Below the pieces are notes generated by a model. It had not been told where the DNA came from. It saw nothing but the letters and a program-made list of their open reading frames with translations, and searched no databases. DNA of 64,000 bases, from NCBI GenBank assembly GCA_030141605.1, contig JAQGDQ010000805.1, positions 29,744 to 93,743 of the forward strand, in the 5' to 3' direction. A program made the position numbers and the translations under genes. The stretch is from Tubiluchus corallicola. Lineage: Eukaryota > Animalia > Priapulida. This document shows positions 1-39,368 of the stretch, piece after piece. Numbering within the stretch: position 1 is the first letter of the stretch; every line of letters begins with the position of its first letter.

Positions 1-376
1 TTGTAGCAAGACGATTTATTAGCTAGATAGTCTGTTCAGCTGAGTGTATAATCAATCGAATGCTGTCTGTTTGGCGGGAGGCAAGAATGATTTAAATTTC
101 TTTTGCGTTTTTAAGAAAAACACTTTATGCGCATTTATTACGCAACAATTTCAATGTATGTAAATGTTTACAAAGATACAATAAGTATTGTTAAAGAATT
201 TCAATTAAATAAAATTTGCTACCATGGAAAAGGTGACGTCATATCTTTATTAAAATGAACTTCTAGCAGAATGTTGTTGCCATAGTTACAGCCTGCTCAG
301 CGCCTAGATCGCTGGAGCATCACCCTGAAAGCGACTTGAATGACTTGAATTTTCGAGGGAAGCCAATTTTACCATC

Positions 377-27669
<27,293 letters not shown>

Positions 27670-29346
27670 AAGCATTTTTCAAGTGATTATTATATCCCTA
27701 GTAAACAAAAACATTTTCTTGTATATCGTAAACTCAGTAACATTGTTCTTCGTTTTCAAGGTCCGCTTACCTGTATAGAATGTTTTACTTATAACATGAT
27801 ATCTTATATTGGTGTATTTATAATATCATAAATTGGACCATGGCAATGTTTATTTATCGGTGATAGAACCATACCAGAAAGACTTTTATGTTACACGTTT
27901 AATATTGCCATATGTTAATATTATCTTTCTTTTATTTGACAGGTAACGTTAGACATCTAATGTCAAATTTTATCTGCACAATATTTCAATAATGCATGTT
28001 TTTACATTTAATTAAAAGTGATTTTGCACAAAGAAAAAACAAAAAAAAACTGAAAGGTTTTGTTCTGGGTTTTTGAATAATTACACTGCTATCAAGTATC
28101 TGTAATTTAACTCCCGCGATTGAAACAACTTTAGAAAACATTGCATGAAGTTTGAAAAATAAACAGAGCATTCATAGCACACTCTTCATTAACTAATCAA
28201 AAAGTTTAAATTACTTTATATTGTCAGTAAGATCAATAATGTGGTTTTGCTGAACTAGTGATGCACACTGGGATGGTGATGCAGTGATATTTTACCAGGT
28301 GGCTCGAATATTTTAAAATCAACAAGAAGTTTGCTTTTCCAATTACATAAGTTTTTCAAAGAGGTAAGGTTAATGCTAAGTAATAAAATCTTTGCATAAT
28401 TATATAATAATAAATTACTGGTTTCATCAAATCTTTCAGCCGCATAATCGTCACTCCAATCAGGTACTTTCCACTCAAATCGTTAAAGTTAAACTGAACC
28501 CTCACTATACTATAAACTTCTATGACCTAAAATCCTACTGTCATTACTAATATTCAATTTATTTTATTACAAACTTACTGTAAACTTGTTTCTTTTGATT
28601 TTTTATTACGTCGTTGTTAGCGGTATTAAATTCGAAGAACCGATATTTTTCGTTGCGCGAGACGAATGGCGTAATGCGTGCAATCACGAGGTCACCAAAG
28701 TTCGGTAAACAAACATCGGTAACCAAAGATGCTTTCTGCACTGACAACGTCATTCTCGCTCACTCACGCCAAAGACGCGAAACATGGCGACGTTACGTCA
28801 TAAAGATCATAAAGATCAACGCCTCCCATTCTTTTATTGAATATTTGTATATTAAAGACAGAAACAAGGTTTTAATTCATCAAGAACTTGTGCATTTTTT
28901 GTTTACTTTTCCCTAGTTTACAGTTAAAAAGTTTGTTTTAAATTAAGCTCCAAAAATATTTATACCGTAAAAACATAATGCCATAATACTTTTTTTGTTT
29001 TGGTGATTGTAATAGATTTCAGAACACGCTTTTATCAGCTAAAACATGGACTATGATTTCTTTGACACAACACCAGGGTTCCTTTATCAAAACCATTAAA
29101 CTGATGGTGAATTGTAAATAATTAATACATGTACAATGTACATACAAGCCGTTATGTGAATCGTAAGTTCAAAGCAGCATAAATAATAAATACATTGTCA
29201 ACAAGCATATTTACAATAACAATAATAATAACAATAAAGTTAAAATTTCTCATTAAAATGCTAGTATTTACAAGTGAAAAACACAAGCGTCAACTTATTC
29301 TTCATCTTTGTCACAACAGTGTTTTGCACTGGATTGTTACTTTTGG

Positions 29347-29724
29347 AATAAGCCTTTTCACAGTTCCAGCGATTGATGATGATCGTGAAATGGTCAACAG
29401 TTAAGTGAACTGCGCATCGGATTTGTGTACATTGGACTCACAGCCCAAGCTATTGTAATAGTAACAGTTTTAACAGCAAACTAGAATCTTATCTAGTTCA
29501 TTTTTTCTTATTCCTAAGCAAGATCCTGCTAGTAAATCACTCTAAATACAAACTAATGCATAATTTAGTAAAACAACTGAAGTTAGTGAGCTGATGCGGC
29601 AGACGGCTTTGCTTTATACACATGTCACATGACAGTGGTAGTTAAGATGCGTTGCTGTGATACACTTAACCTTTGATCTGCAGCAACTGAGCGTGCGCAC
29701 AATGAAACTGTGAAAAGGCTTATT
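29347..29724. mobile_element. MITE with perfect 19-bp terminal inverted repeat
   Basis: aataagccttttcacagtt ... aactgtgaaaaggcttatt; the body matches copies at 12491-12834, ~5449-5795 and ~7129-7250. Confidence 0.85.
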
Positions 29725-29867
29725 GTCAGAGGAATATATACGTTTGCCTGCAGATCATAAAAAGTTTCACTCTTTTGCACTGGCAAACTGTGGGTCCTTG
29801 GAATCTCAATCAACTACATGTCTTTTACGGAATAATCTCTCTTATTAAGGCCCTAATGAAGCCGTTT

Positions 29868-31697
29868 CTACCTTGACAGCACGAACCATTGCAAGCATAG
29901 CAGGAACAACAAGTTTTGATAACTAAAGCACAAATTTGCACTTACACTCTTTGACTTGACACGATAATAGTTATGATGCCTTTTTCTTATTTCTTCAATT
30001 TCGTTCAGTTTATCAATTACCATACCTGACTCCGTCGTGAGACCACCTGTCAAGTGAAATGGAGTTTCTGTAGACCTTATGGTTAAATGTTTCTTAGAAA
30101 ATTCTGTTGTACTGCTACCTGACACTGTTTTTAAGGATGTCTTGGTGGAATGAACAGGCGTTTCCGTTTCTAATGTGGTACTGAAGTTAGTTGATTCCGT
30201 TGTAGATGCTTTTGCCGCGTTGTCTAAATCTGCTTTACCTACGCGATCGGTGGTATTATAGTTTTCAATCTGGGTGGGGTAAATGTCCACACGCTTTGTT
30301 GTCGTTGATGAGGTCTGATTGGATTCTACGTTACTCTGGATTTGAAATGAGTCTGAAAATACTTCAAAACCTGGATTCGATTTCTCAAGTGTATATTCAG
30401 TTGATTCGGTTTGTACCGCCTCTGTTGATGTAAACCCAGTCTTGAGTATTGTTGGTTCTGAACTTGTTCGGCTATAATATTCATCTCGCTCTGCTGGGTC
30501 AATAAATACTTCCAGTGCTGGATTAACATTTTTAAAAGTGTATCTTTGTGTGGACTGAGTTGAGGTGCGTTCCGTTAAGACTGGTGTGGTCTGGTGCACT
30601 GTGGTTTCCAAATGTGATTGGACACGATCCTCATCATCATAGTTATTATCATCCACAGAAATGGAACCTTCATTTTTACCCTGTCGAATAAAAGGAAGAT
30701 TCATTGAACGAACTGTAGTTCCCGTTTTGAACGAAGCAAGCTTTTCTGTTATAGTTGCAGCTGTTTTTGTAACGGATGACTCAGTGACAGAATGATCGTT
30801 CGGTTTCCATGTTAGTGGTGATACTGATAAATGATGAAATGAATTAGTTTCTGATGACACGTCTGCTTTTTTTGAAACATCGGGTGTGCCGGTTACAAGT
30901 GCCACTGGATTAACGTCAGGTTTGTCCTTTGGGAATGGACCCCCAGTTACTCTTGGATCCCAGTTGAAGTCGAAGAAAGCTGGGTAAAATGTTTCATTTT
31001 CGGACAAATTCTTGTCAACAGTAGCAAATGGTTTTTGAGTTACATCGGCAGTGTCCTTTTGGAATGGACCCCCAGTCACTTTTGGATCCCAGTCAAAGTC
31101 AAAGAAAGCTGGGTAAAATACCTCGCTTTCGGATTGATTCTCGTCTACAGTTGTGGAGTTATTGTCTGTCACTGTAAATGCTTGCAAATTTGGATGTATA
31201 TCAACAGCTTCATCTCTAGTGCTTTGTACTGTTAATGAGTTTTCAGATAATGGATTTTGTATTCGTAAACGGTTGTCCTTTTCTGGCTTATTCGGCAGAC
31301 TGCTTGGCGTCGTTGAAAAAAGTCTGTAAGTATGTCTCGTATTAGAAGTAGGTGGATTATTTGGCGTGGGCAGTTCATACTTCTGATAAGGATTTAAAGG
31401 TTGGCCCACCACGACCCCACTTCCTAATGATGGTTGTTGTGATATGATCAAATGTTTTGATGTGGGATGAATTTCATGAAATGCGGTAGTGCTTACAGTA
31501 GTAGTCGAGGTGGTAGTTGGTCTTCTTGTAGTCGTAGTGTAGGAGCATCCATACTGATCAGGCGTAGTTTCGTTTAACACTTCACTGATGATCCCCAGCA
31601 AAGGATAACGGCCGTTGCCACAATTACCGCGAAAATCATCAAGATCAAAAGCGTGGAAGCCAATACCTCCTAAGCACTGCCTCTTGGCGTATTTTAT
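29868..31697 (-). CDS. Chitinase-like exon 8 (end of GH18 domain, long S/T-rich stalk, hydrophobic tail)
   Basis: 1830-nt open exon IKYAKRQCLGGIGFHAFDLDDFRGNCGNGRYPLL...LLFLLCLQWFVLSR*. Confidence 0.92.
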   Translation of the reverse strand: MKYAKRQCLGGIGFHAFDLDDFRGNCGNGRYPLLGIISEVLNETTPDQYGCSYTTTTRRPTTTSTTTVSTTAFHEIHPTSKHLIISQQPSLGSGVVVGQPLNPYQKYELPTPNNPPTSNTRHTYRLFSTTPSSLPNKPEKDNRLRIQNPLSENSLTVQSTRDEAVDIHPNLQAFTVTDNNSTTVDENQSESEVFYPAFFDFDWDPKVTGGPFQKDTADVTQKPFATVDKNLSENETFYPAFFDFNWDPRVTGGPFPKDKPDVNPVALVTGTPDVSKKADVSSETNSFHHLSVSPLTWKPNDHSVTESSVTKTAATITEKLASFKTGTTVRSMNLPFIRQGKNEGSISVDDNNYDDEDRVQSHLETTVHQTTPVLTERTSTQSTQRYTFKNVNPALEVFIDPAERDEYYSRTSSEPTILKTGFTSTEAVQTESTEYTLEKSNPGFEVFSDSFQIQSNVESNQTSSTTTKRVDIYPTQIENYNTTDRVGKADLDNAAKASTTESTNFSTTLETETPVHSTKTSLKTVSGSSTTEFSKKHLTIRSTETPFHLTGGLTTESGMVIDKLNEIEEIRKRHHNYYRVKSKSVSANLCFSYQNLLFLLCLQWFVLSR

Positions 31698-34600
31698 CTG
31701 AAACACGTGCAATTGGACTGATTATTTAGTTTTTTAGTAGTATAAGACTTGGACGCATTGACTGGTTTTCAGTGGCTGAGTGTAGAAATGTGTCTACAGA
31801 GTCTAATAATGGCGGAAAGTACAATCTATTGATGTTAAGAAATGAAGTGCTTTTAGTTCGTATTAACGCCAACCATGTTTTTGCCTAACATTTTCATTTT
31901 GCTTGTGTTCACAATGATAAATATGTCCCTATATTAAGCATGTAAATTAACACTCATCATTGTTCATTCATAATGATATTCATTAAAAATAAAACAAATG
32001 TGAAACCTATATTTCTTATTAATGAACATCTTATTAATGCAGCTGGCCACGTTTTCCGCTTAATATGGCCACTTAAAACCTGATCACTTCTTTAATTATG
32101 GAATCACAGTATTGCATCACAATATGCTTTCATTTGAGCTGTAAATTCTTACCTTAGCCACAATGCTCTCTTCATTATCATAAGTTATCCACTTGTTTGC
32201 GAGTACAGCATATGGAACATCGTATTTATTGTCGTAGTATTTCTCGTAAGGGTAATCCAGGAATGCTGTACAGATCTACAGTAAAACAAACGATTACAAA
32301 CAAAATAAATAAATTTATACTACGATCAAGTTTTTAAGGTGTGAAATGATACATAAAGCTGGATTACTCTATAGGTTCACATAGGCTGCTGCCTAGTGAC
32401 CCTCTTGCTTGGGGGGGGGGGCGCATACTTTGCATAGCTGACTTTAAAAAAGGAGGCCAGGAAGACTGAAAATCTAATTTTAAAGTGGTTCCTCATTTGA
32501 AATAAAGGATCCTTGTTTGAGGCCTTATTTGAGACACAAAGGGCCTTCGTTTGAGGCTCTTTATTTGGAGCAAGTACCATTCTTGGAGCCCTTTATTTGG
32601 AAATCTGGCGCCAGCAGCTGTGCAAATGTTGCTACAATATATCATTCTTGCTTTGCGTATAGTTTTGGCATAATTACCAACTTAAGTTTATTTTAGTTAA
32701 TCTACATATCAAGAGTGCTATTGATATTTTAGTATTGGTTGACTTTTTTGTACAAAATGTGTCGTACTCTACTAAATTAAGCTTGATTTAAATATTGCAA
32801 ACTGTTATGATAACTAATCCTGATTTAAAATTAAGATTGCTTAAGTATTATTGATTGCTTAAGTATAACAATAATGTTTATTACCTATATTATTATGACT
32901 CATTTTGCATTTTGTTCTATTGATAGGGGAGACAAAATGACAAAGCTCACAACAACAAATGTTAAAATTTAAAGTCTGTTATCAAGTCTAATTCTTGTGA
33001 TGTTAAATTTAAGATTTTGTAAAATGTGAGCTATTATGTAGTTTGCTGTTGCACGATATCAATGCATTTGTAATTCCACGACGGTAAACATATAGTTTAC
33101 CATACCTGTTACTTAGCATATTGATCAGTGTGAATTCCCCGTTTCGCTACTGTTAATAGCAATAATAATGAAGTTTGGCAAATTGTATACAGTTGTAAAA
33201 AACAAACAATATTTGTGAAAATAATAAAGTCGTATATAAAATATATATTTAAGTACGCAGGTACGCTTATATAATGCAGATGCTATAGATGTGTGTATAT
33301 AAAGTGTGTGAATAAATATAGTTATATGTAATTAATTTTTATAAATGTAAACTAACAACTCATACTCTAATTATAATATGAAACTGTTAATTAGGTATAG
33401 CATTCTGTAATGTTTGTAATACTATGTAAGTTTTGCCCTACATATAGAAGGCCTGACTTGGAATGAATTTCTGAATAAAATATTTATAATAAAAAATATT
33501 ACTTTACCTCTTGGTAAGACAAGAAACCTTCCTGTTGAGTCAGCGCACCACTTGGACAAGCCCCAAGTGCTGGTGAACCAACAGAAGTCTTCTGATCGTC
33601 TAACAACCGAAAACATCTTCCATATCCCGCTATGTTTAGAATGGTTTTCTCTGGGGTAGCACCTTGAAACTGAAACCACTGGTTCAGCACACTCATCTGC
33701 AGAAGGGAAACTATTGTTAACATCCCAAATCCGTTTTATATGCCTAGTGACGGCTCATATACTTTGACAGTAACAAAGATAACGCAAGAAGTAACAATGA
33801 AAAAATATATTGGTCAAATTATCTTCCTTTTTGTTATATTTTAATTTAGTATCGATTATTATTTTGTGTTGACTCTGATTTTGTTTGACTCTTGGTTACA
33901 AGTTTTTGGTTTTCATTTTGTTTTGTACTTTTATACAGACATTGTTTGTCATTATTATGGTTCATTTTTCAAAACATCAATTGTACATACCCTAAATAGA
34001 GTAATTTGCTGCAATATGTTGTTATCGTTATAGGGCAGCTGACATGACGACCGCATGATCCTTTCGCAGCCCCTTCTCCGTTACATAATTTTTTATTACG
34101 ATAGTACAGATATTGCTGTATTTTGTGCAGGAAAATAAAATTAATTGAATTGTATTGAATGGAATTTCACAATATTTTAATGTCCCAAACGGATATGGTT
34201 GTCACTTCAAGTTACAATCTGAAGTGATATTTGTCAGGACATCGTGAAAAAATGTTTGTTTCATAGTTTACAGTTTACTTCACGCCAAGTGTACTGTTGT
34301 CAATCGTGTTCGTGAAACCCACGTTGGTATTGAACAGGGACCCGTAGTCCAAAGATTTTACTATCTGGTTGTCGTTGTTTTAAAGGTTCAGTTTGTTTAA
34401 AGGTTGTTTCAAAAATAGCATGGAACTTTTTGGCATATACATTAATTACATAATTACATTACAATGACATACATACAGTAAAACAACAACGTACAAAACA
34501 AAGCTATTACATTATAGCTTTTAGTACAGATACAGTTAGCGTATCATGAAAAAATAATAAATAATAATATCAGTATTTATATGTTAGTACTATTTATTGT

Positions 34601-37600
34601 TTTTTAAAATAATTAAAAATATAATGGGCGACTATTTTGGTTATATACCGTCATTACCGCACATTGCGATTTTAGCTTTTCGTTATCGTTCATGTTAATG
34701 AAAATGCTATTGATGCCTGTTGTATAAGAATAAAAATTCGTCTTAACCGGTTGTAGAAGGAGCAATAAAAAAATGAATTTCGGTTTCTACTCATTGGCTG
34801 TCGCAAAGCTGACAGATTCTCATATTCATAGGACGTATCATAAGACGGGAGTAATAGTTTAATGCAAAGAATTGATGCAATCATGAAAGTTATCAAAATA
34901 TCACAATAATAAGGGAGGACGCGTTCCACTGCTGGGAAGTATTTTCATGTAAAAAACGAAAAAGGAACATAAAAGCACAGCAGTGCGCTGAAACGTCGTG
35001 TCTTCTCAATGTTGGACTTTATGGAAGTTACAAAATGATATAGTAACGTCCGCAATGTTTGTTAGAGCATTTGTAATTCCGGCCTACTTTCAAACCAAAC
35101 TACCCAAAACTTATCTTTCACTATACGTTAGCTTTGGGTCCCAAAGTCAAACGTCACAGGACCAATTACTTGTAAAAGCTTGTGTGACTCAAAGCTAAAA
35201 CCGTCTGTCGTGAGGGGATGCTCCGCTTTGCGGTGCTTTGCTTAAAAGTTAGTACAGTTTTATAAAATGAAATCTGCAGATAGATAAACTGGACGAGAAA
35301 ACATGTAATAAGTATTGAGGCTAAAGTGTAGTTAGCAGATGGTAAGCAAAATGTCACAATACTATTCTGGCGCGGACTATTTTAGGTGTATAGATTCAAC
35401 ATTAAAAGAAGATAACGAAAGACTGATTTATATACTTACTATGGTAAAATCTGTGAGGTTAATAGGCAGAGACCCTAGCGGACTGTTGTGCCCAGTTATA
35501 TTTTCCCAGGCGCCGTGAAAATCGTATGTCAACAAACTGACGAAATCCAGTGATTGCATCATTTGTGGAACATCATAACTGGCTTCAAATCGGTCCTCAG
35601 ATGGGAATAGTTCAGCTGTTAGAATCAGCTTTTCTCTAGTTGTTTCAATGGCTTCATTTTGGAAAGCGTCACTAATGGCCTAAACAATTAGGAAAATTTT
35701 TTCTTAATTAAACAATTGCTGTACCTGTTGTAACTTCGGATGAAGCTTATATTTGATTTGCAACTACAGATAACAATGATTATGTGACTCTGCATTTTGA
35801 TGGCGATAATAGTGTTTTTTTGTGATGCGACAGCCAAAATGAAGAAGGCACTAACGTTGGTGATGATGCAGTTGGTGTCATCAAAATTAATACAATTGAT
35901 TTGACCACTGTTATTACCATCACAAATTTTATTTTGATTACCGTCCTTTTCATTGCTTGTGTTGTTGTGATGGTTGTTATTATTGTTTTCGCTATCACTG
36001 TCGCTTCTGCTGCAGTTACCATTGCTGTTGGTGTTGTCATAGCTGTTGCAGGTGCTAAAGTCGTATGTATATGCTGTTGCTGTTAATATAGTAAATGTGT
36101 TTGCTGTAATGTTAATGTTGTAAATTTCAAAATGAGAAATTTTTGAAAAATAGTTGCCCACTTTAAGCAGCTTAGGAAAATTCTCTTTGTCTTCTGGTCT
36201 TCCTTCCCTTTCCACTTGTCCGGGATAGCTCCAGTGAATGTCGAGTCCATCGAAGTTGTGCTCCCTAAGAAGTTTGATCACTTGTCTGGTGAAGAAGTTC
36301 CATCGATCTGGACGTTTTGCCAAATCACTGAAACAATACAAAACAAACTTAAGTTAGAGGACTAACCAACCTTTGACCTGATGTAATCTTTGTTATGTAG
36401 ACAATTGCAAATGCCTAAACAATGGAAGCAGGATCAGTGCCAAGCAATGCTGAGAAAACAACGAAATTTTTGATTGTCATTACTGTGTCGAGCTTGTCGA
36501 GCTTAGGCTTAGTTAAAGTACTGAAACTATCGCTGTTGTTATAGCACAGTTGTTGAAGTTGCCATTCCAATAAATATCTTTAGGCATGAAGACTTTAGAG
36601 TTGTTACTTTGAAAATAAAGTTAACTGAACACTTCCAGTTATTTATTAATTATTAATGTATTAGCACATTTTAGACAAATTCAGAGCAGGTCTATGTATT
36701 GACAAATATGAAGCAGCTTTTCCTCCACACAATTTATGCTAAGAGAAAGCCAGAAGTGAAACCCACACCATGAAGAATTTTAGACTTCTTTCAATTCTTT
36801 GGAAGTGGAGCTGCTAAGACAAGCAAACAATATACGCTTACAATGATATTTTACGTTGCATTCTCAGAGATTTAGTTTAATTTGCTTTTCAACTTTATTT
36901 TTTCATTTAATCAATTTGTATTCTGAATTACAACATTTTATCAACTGAATCTAAGCATCAAAATCTTTTATTCTGAATAATTTTGTACATGCAAATAAAG
37001 TGTGTATAGTTTTAAATTGTATTTCATATTTTGCATTTTTTATACTTATTTATATTACGTATCGTTTTAGTACACTCGACCTGGATATAAAGGAGCTTAT
37101 AGCTATTCTAGATATCGAGTTTAAATAAAGCTCTTATCTTACCTTATCTCATCTCATCTCATCTCATCTCATCTCACCTCACCTCACCCTACCTTATCTT
37201 ATCCGTACTAAGACAAGTAGTAGTAATTTCTACTTGAGCTAAATCTTAGGGTTAGGGTTTACTTTAACTGTAGATTCTTAGTTTAGTAAATGCCTCTAAG
37301 AAATTCTGTCCAGTCTGTCCTTTTTCGTGGAATTGACAATTAATAACTCTTCGTAGTGTGTCAGTCGTGTATAGAACGCAGTCGTGTTTTTTCTAATAAA
37401 CAAAAAAGTACAAGTCATATGCAGTGTTATACTGAATTACTGAATCAATGATAAAAGGCTATAGTAGAAATGCACTCACCTGAACGGTTTTGGTCCCATC
37501 GTGTAACCGCCAACGCTTAAGATGACCCTTAAATCTTTATTGTCTTCTTTTAACTTCGTCACACCCGGATATCCAAAATCTATTTATAAAATGTCAGAAA

Positions 37601-39050
37601 TTAAATGTGAGCGTTAATAGGGAGAAGATCTCTAGCTGAGTGGTCGTGGTTCAAGTTTAGCGACGAAAGTTTAGTAACGCTGGGACTGGCTAACAAATGG
37701 ATGGGTGGATGACATGAAGATCAATTCCGAGCGGCTCATCTACCACAATGCCCACAGGTGTTTATTTGGAGGGATGGATATACATCTGATATACATACAT
37801 GGATATACATCTATCAGTTCAGCAGTTAAACTTAAGAGGATTATTTTTGAATAAGTAGCTAGATCCCAGTTCTGCCACAGCCTTTTTAGCATATCATCAT
37901 TTGCTGACGTTGTCCAGGGACAAGATAGTCGAAACAGTGCAAGCTGTTCTGTTTATTACTAGTAAGAACTTTTTCTGTACATAACAATTGATAAAACTCC
38001 CTTTAGGAGCTGCAGTAAAATGGTCAAGCTCTGGCACTGCTCAAATGCAGTTGGACTTGTTTCAAACTGGTTGTGAATGTCGATTGCTCTGAACTGAAGT
38101 ATACCTTGGTTTTATCTAGTTGAAAAAGAAACTACATTACTCTGTTCAGATTGACAAAAGTCTTACCATTGTCGTTCCATTCCACATTTTTGACAACGAA
38201 ATAACTGTCATCTAAAGCCACTAGCTTTGCCACCATGTATACGATGTGCGTACACAGACTAGAGTCTATATTTTCTGGTATAAATCGACCGACACCCGGC
38301 CTGTAATAAAAGAAAAAAGTATAATTGAGGATACACATATAATATTGGCATTACCAACAAATAAGGAAGCTAAGAAGTTTCTTCAAATTGCATTTGCATC
38401 CTGCGCTTTATCACTCGTGTGAAAAATTAATTCCGCGTTATGCGGCAATGTATTAAATTTGCCTATGCTCATTATATTAATTTTAGCGAGTTCCTGTAGA
38501 ACGCACAGTAAACTCCAAGCCTACCACAATTTACTGTCGCCAGTAAATGCGACAAAGGTGAAATAAACAACTCTAATATTATTAGTAAAATGGATGAGTG
38601 ACCACTAAGCAAAACTGGTTCTGGGCGGCCAGACCTGACACACCGTCTCCGGCTTCTTTCTTCGTTTAGGAATGGTGGCCAAACGTAACCAAGGTACCTC
38701 TATCCGGGCAATTGCCTCATCTTAAAGAGTTATCGTTCAAATCAACTGTAATATATGTTTTAGTTTTACCCCAAACTACTTCTGGCTTGCAGAATGCCTA
38801 ATTGTGTAAAAAAGTAAATTTAATCAAATTTGGAATTAACATCTTTCTGGAATGAAAACATCAGTAAAATCAAACAACATCAAAAAGAGTGGGAAAAGTT
38901 TTATAGAAACAAAAATTAGATCTACCTGTATTGCGCCCAATTTGAATAATAGCAAATTCTTTTGTAGCCATTTACAGTTGCACTCGAAACCATAGACAAC
39001 AGAAGTGACAAGAAGAGACTAGAAGACTGGCTATCACACCAAAGCTTCAT
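29868..39050 (-). CDS. GH18 chitinase-like protein, predicted catalytically inactive, with signal peptide, Ser/Thr-rich stalk and hydrophobic C-terminus; 8 coding exons, 2907 nt, ~968 aa
   Basis: Exons 39050-38926, 38300-38167, 37579-37480, 36327-36162, 35679-35440, 33696-33508, 32275-32153 and 31697-29868 join in frame. Motifs: KRICYYSNWAQYRP, CTHIVY, LSVGG, FDGLDIHWSYP, TYDFHGAW, TGHNSPL, YGR.F.L, G.LSY.EIC, VPYA...WITYD, DLDDF.G.C...YPLL. Confidence 0.93.
32153..32275 (-). CDS. Chitinase-like exon 7
   Basis: ICTAFL...VPYAVLANKWITYDNEESIVAK. Confidence 0.94.
33508..33696 (-). CDS. Chitinase-like exon 6
   Basis: W...GATPEK...YGRCFRL...G..TQQEGFLSYQE. Confidence 0.94.
35440..35679 (-). CDS. 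Chitinase-like exon 5
   Basis: LILTA...YDVP...LDFVSLLTYDFHGAWENITGHNSPL; absent from the ORF track. Confidence 0.95.
36162..36327 (-). CDS. Chitinase-like exon 4 (degenerate catalytic motif)
   Basis: LREHNFDGLDIHWSYPG...EDKENF..LLK. Confidence 0.95.
37480..37579 (-). CDS. Chitinase-like exon 3
   Basis: YPGVTKLKEDNKDLRVILSVGGYTMGPKPF. Confidence 0.94.
38167..38300 (-). CDS. Chitinase-like exon 2
   Basis: RPGVGRFIPENIDSSLCTHIVY...EWND. Confidence 0.95.
38926..39050 (-). CDS. Chitinase-like exon 1 (signal peptide and GH18 start)
   Basis: MKLWCDSQSSSLFLSLLLSMVSSATVNGYKRICYYSNWAQY; the ATG lies 2 nt after a ttttttag acceptor. Confidence 0.92.
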
Positions 39051-39272
39051 TTCTAAAAAAGATTACGTAATTGTTTATGCCAAACACTCTAAATTTTTTC
39101 TTTCTACTTGGTGAATAAGTAGTCGTGAAAAGACTGAAATGGTTTTAGCAAAAAGAAGAAAGTTTGGATGCCCATGTGTCATGTGATACGTGTAAAACTT
39201 ATTTGAAAGCAAATTTTTCTTGGCCACAGACAATAAGTGAGCGAAACTGGGACAAGGGAGAGAGGAGAGCGA

Positions 39273-39368
39273 CACACACACACACACACGCACGCACGCA
39301 CGCACGCACGCACACACGCACGCACGCACGCACACACGCACGCACACGCACACACACACACACACACA
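39273..39368. repeat. (CA)n/(CGCA)n microsatellite
   Basis: Directly visible; a similar tract lies at 49192-49285. Confidence 0.92.

Noticed and set aside
35688-36161. Asn-rich extension of the 217-aa ORF after the GH18 motif
   Set aside because: Read-through into intron 4; a phase-0 donor after 36162 joins the next GH18 exon at 35679.
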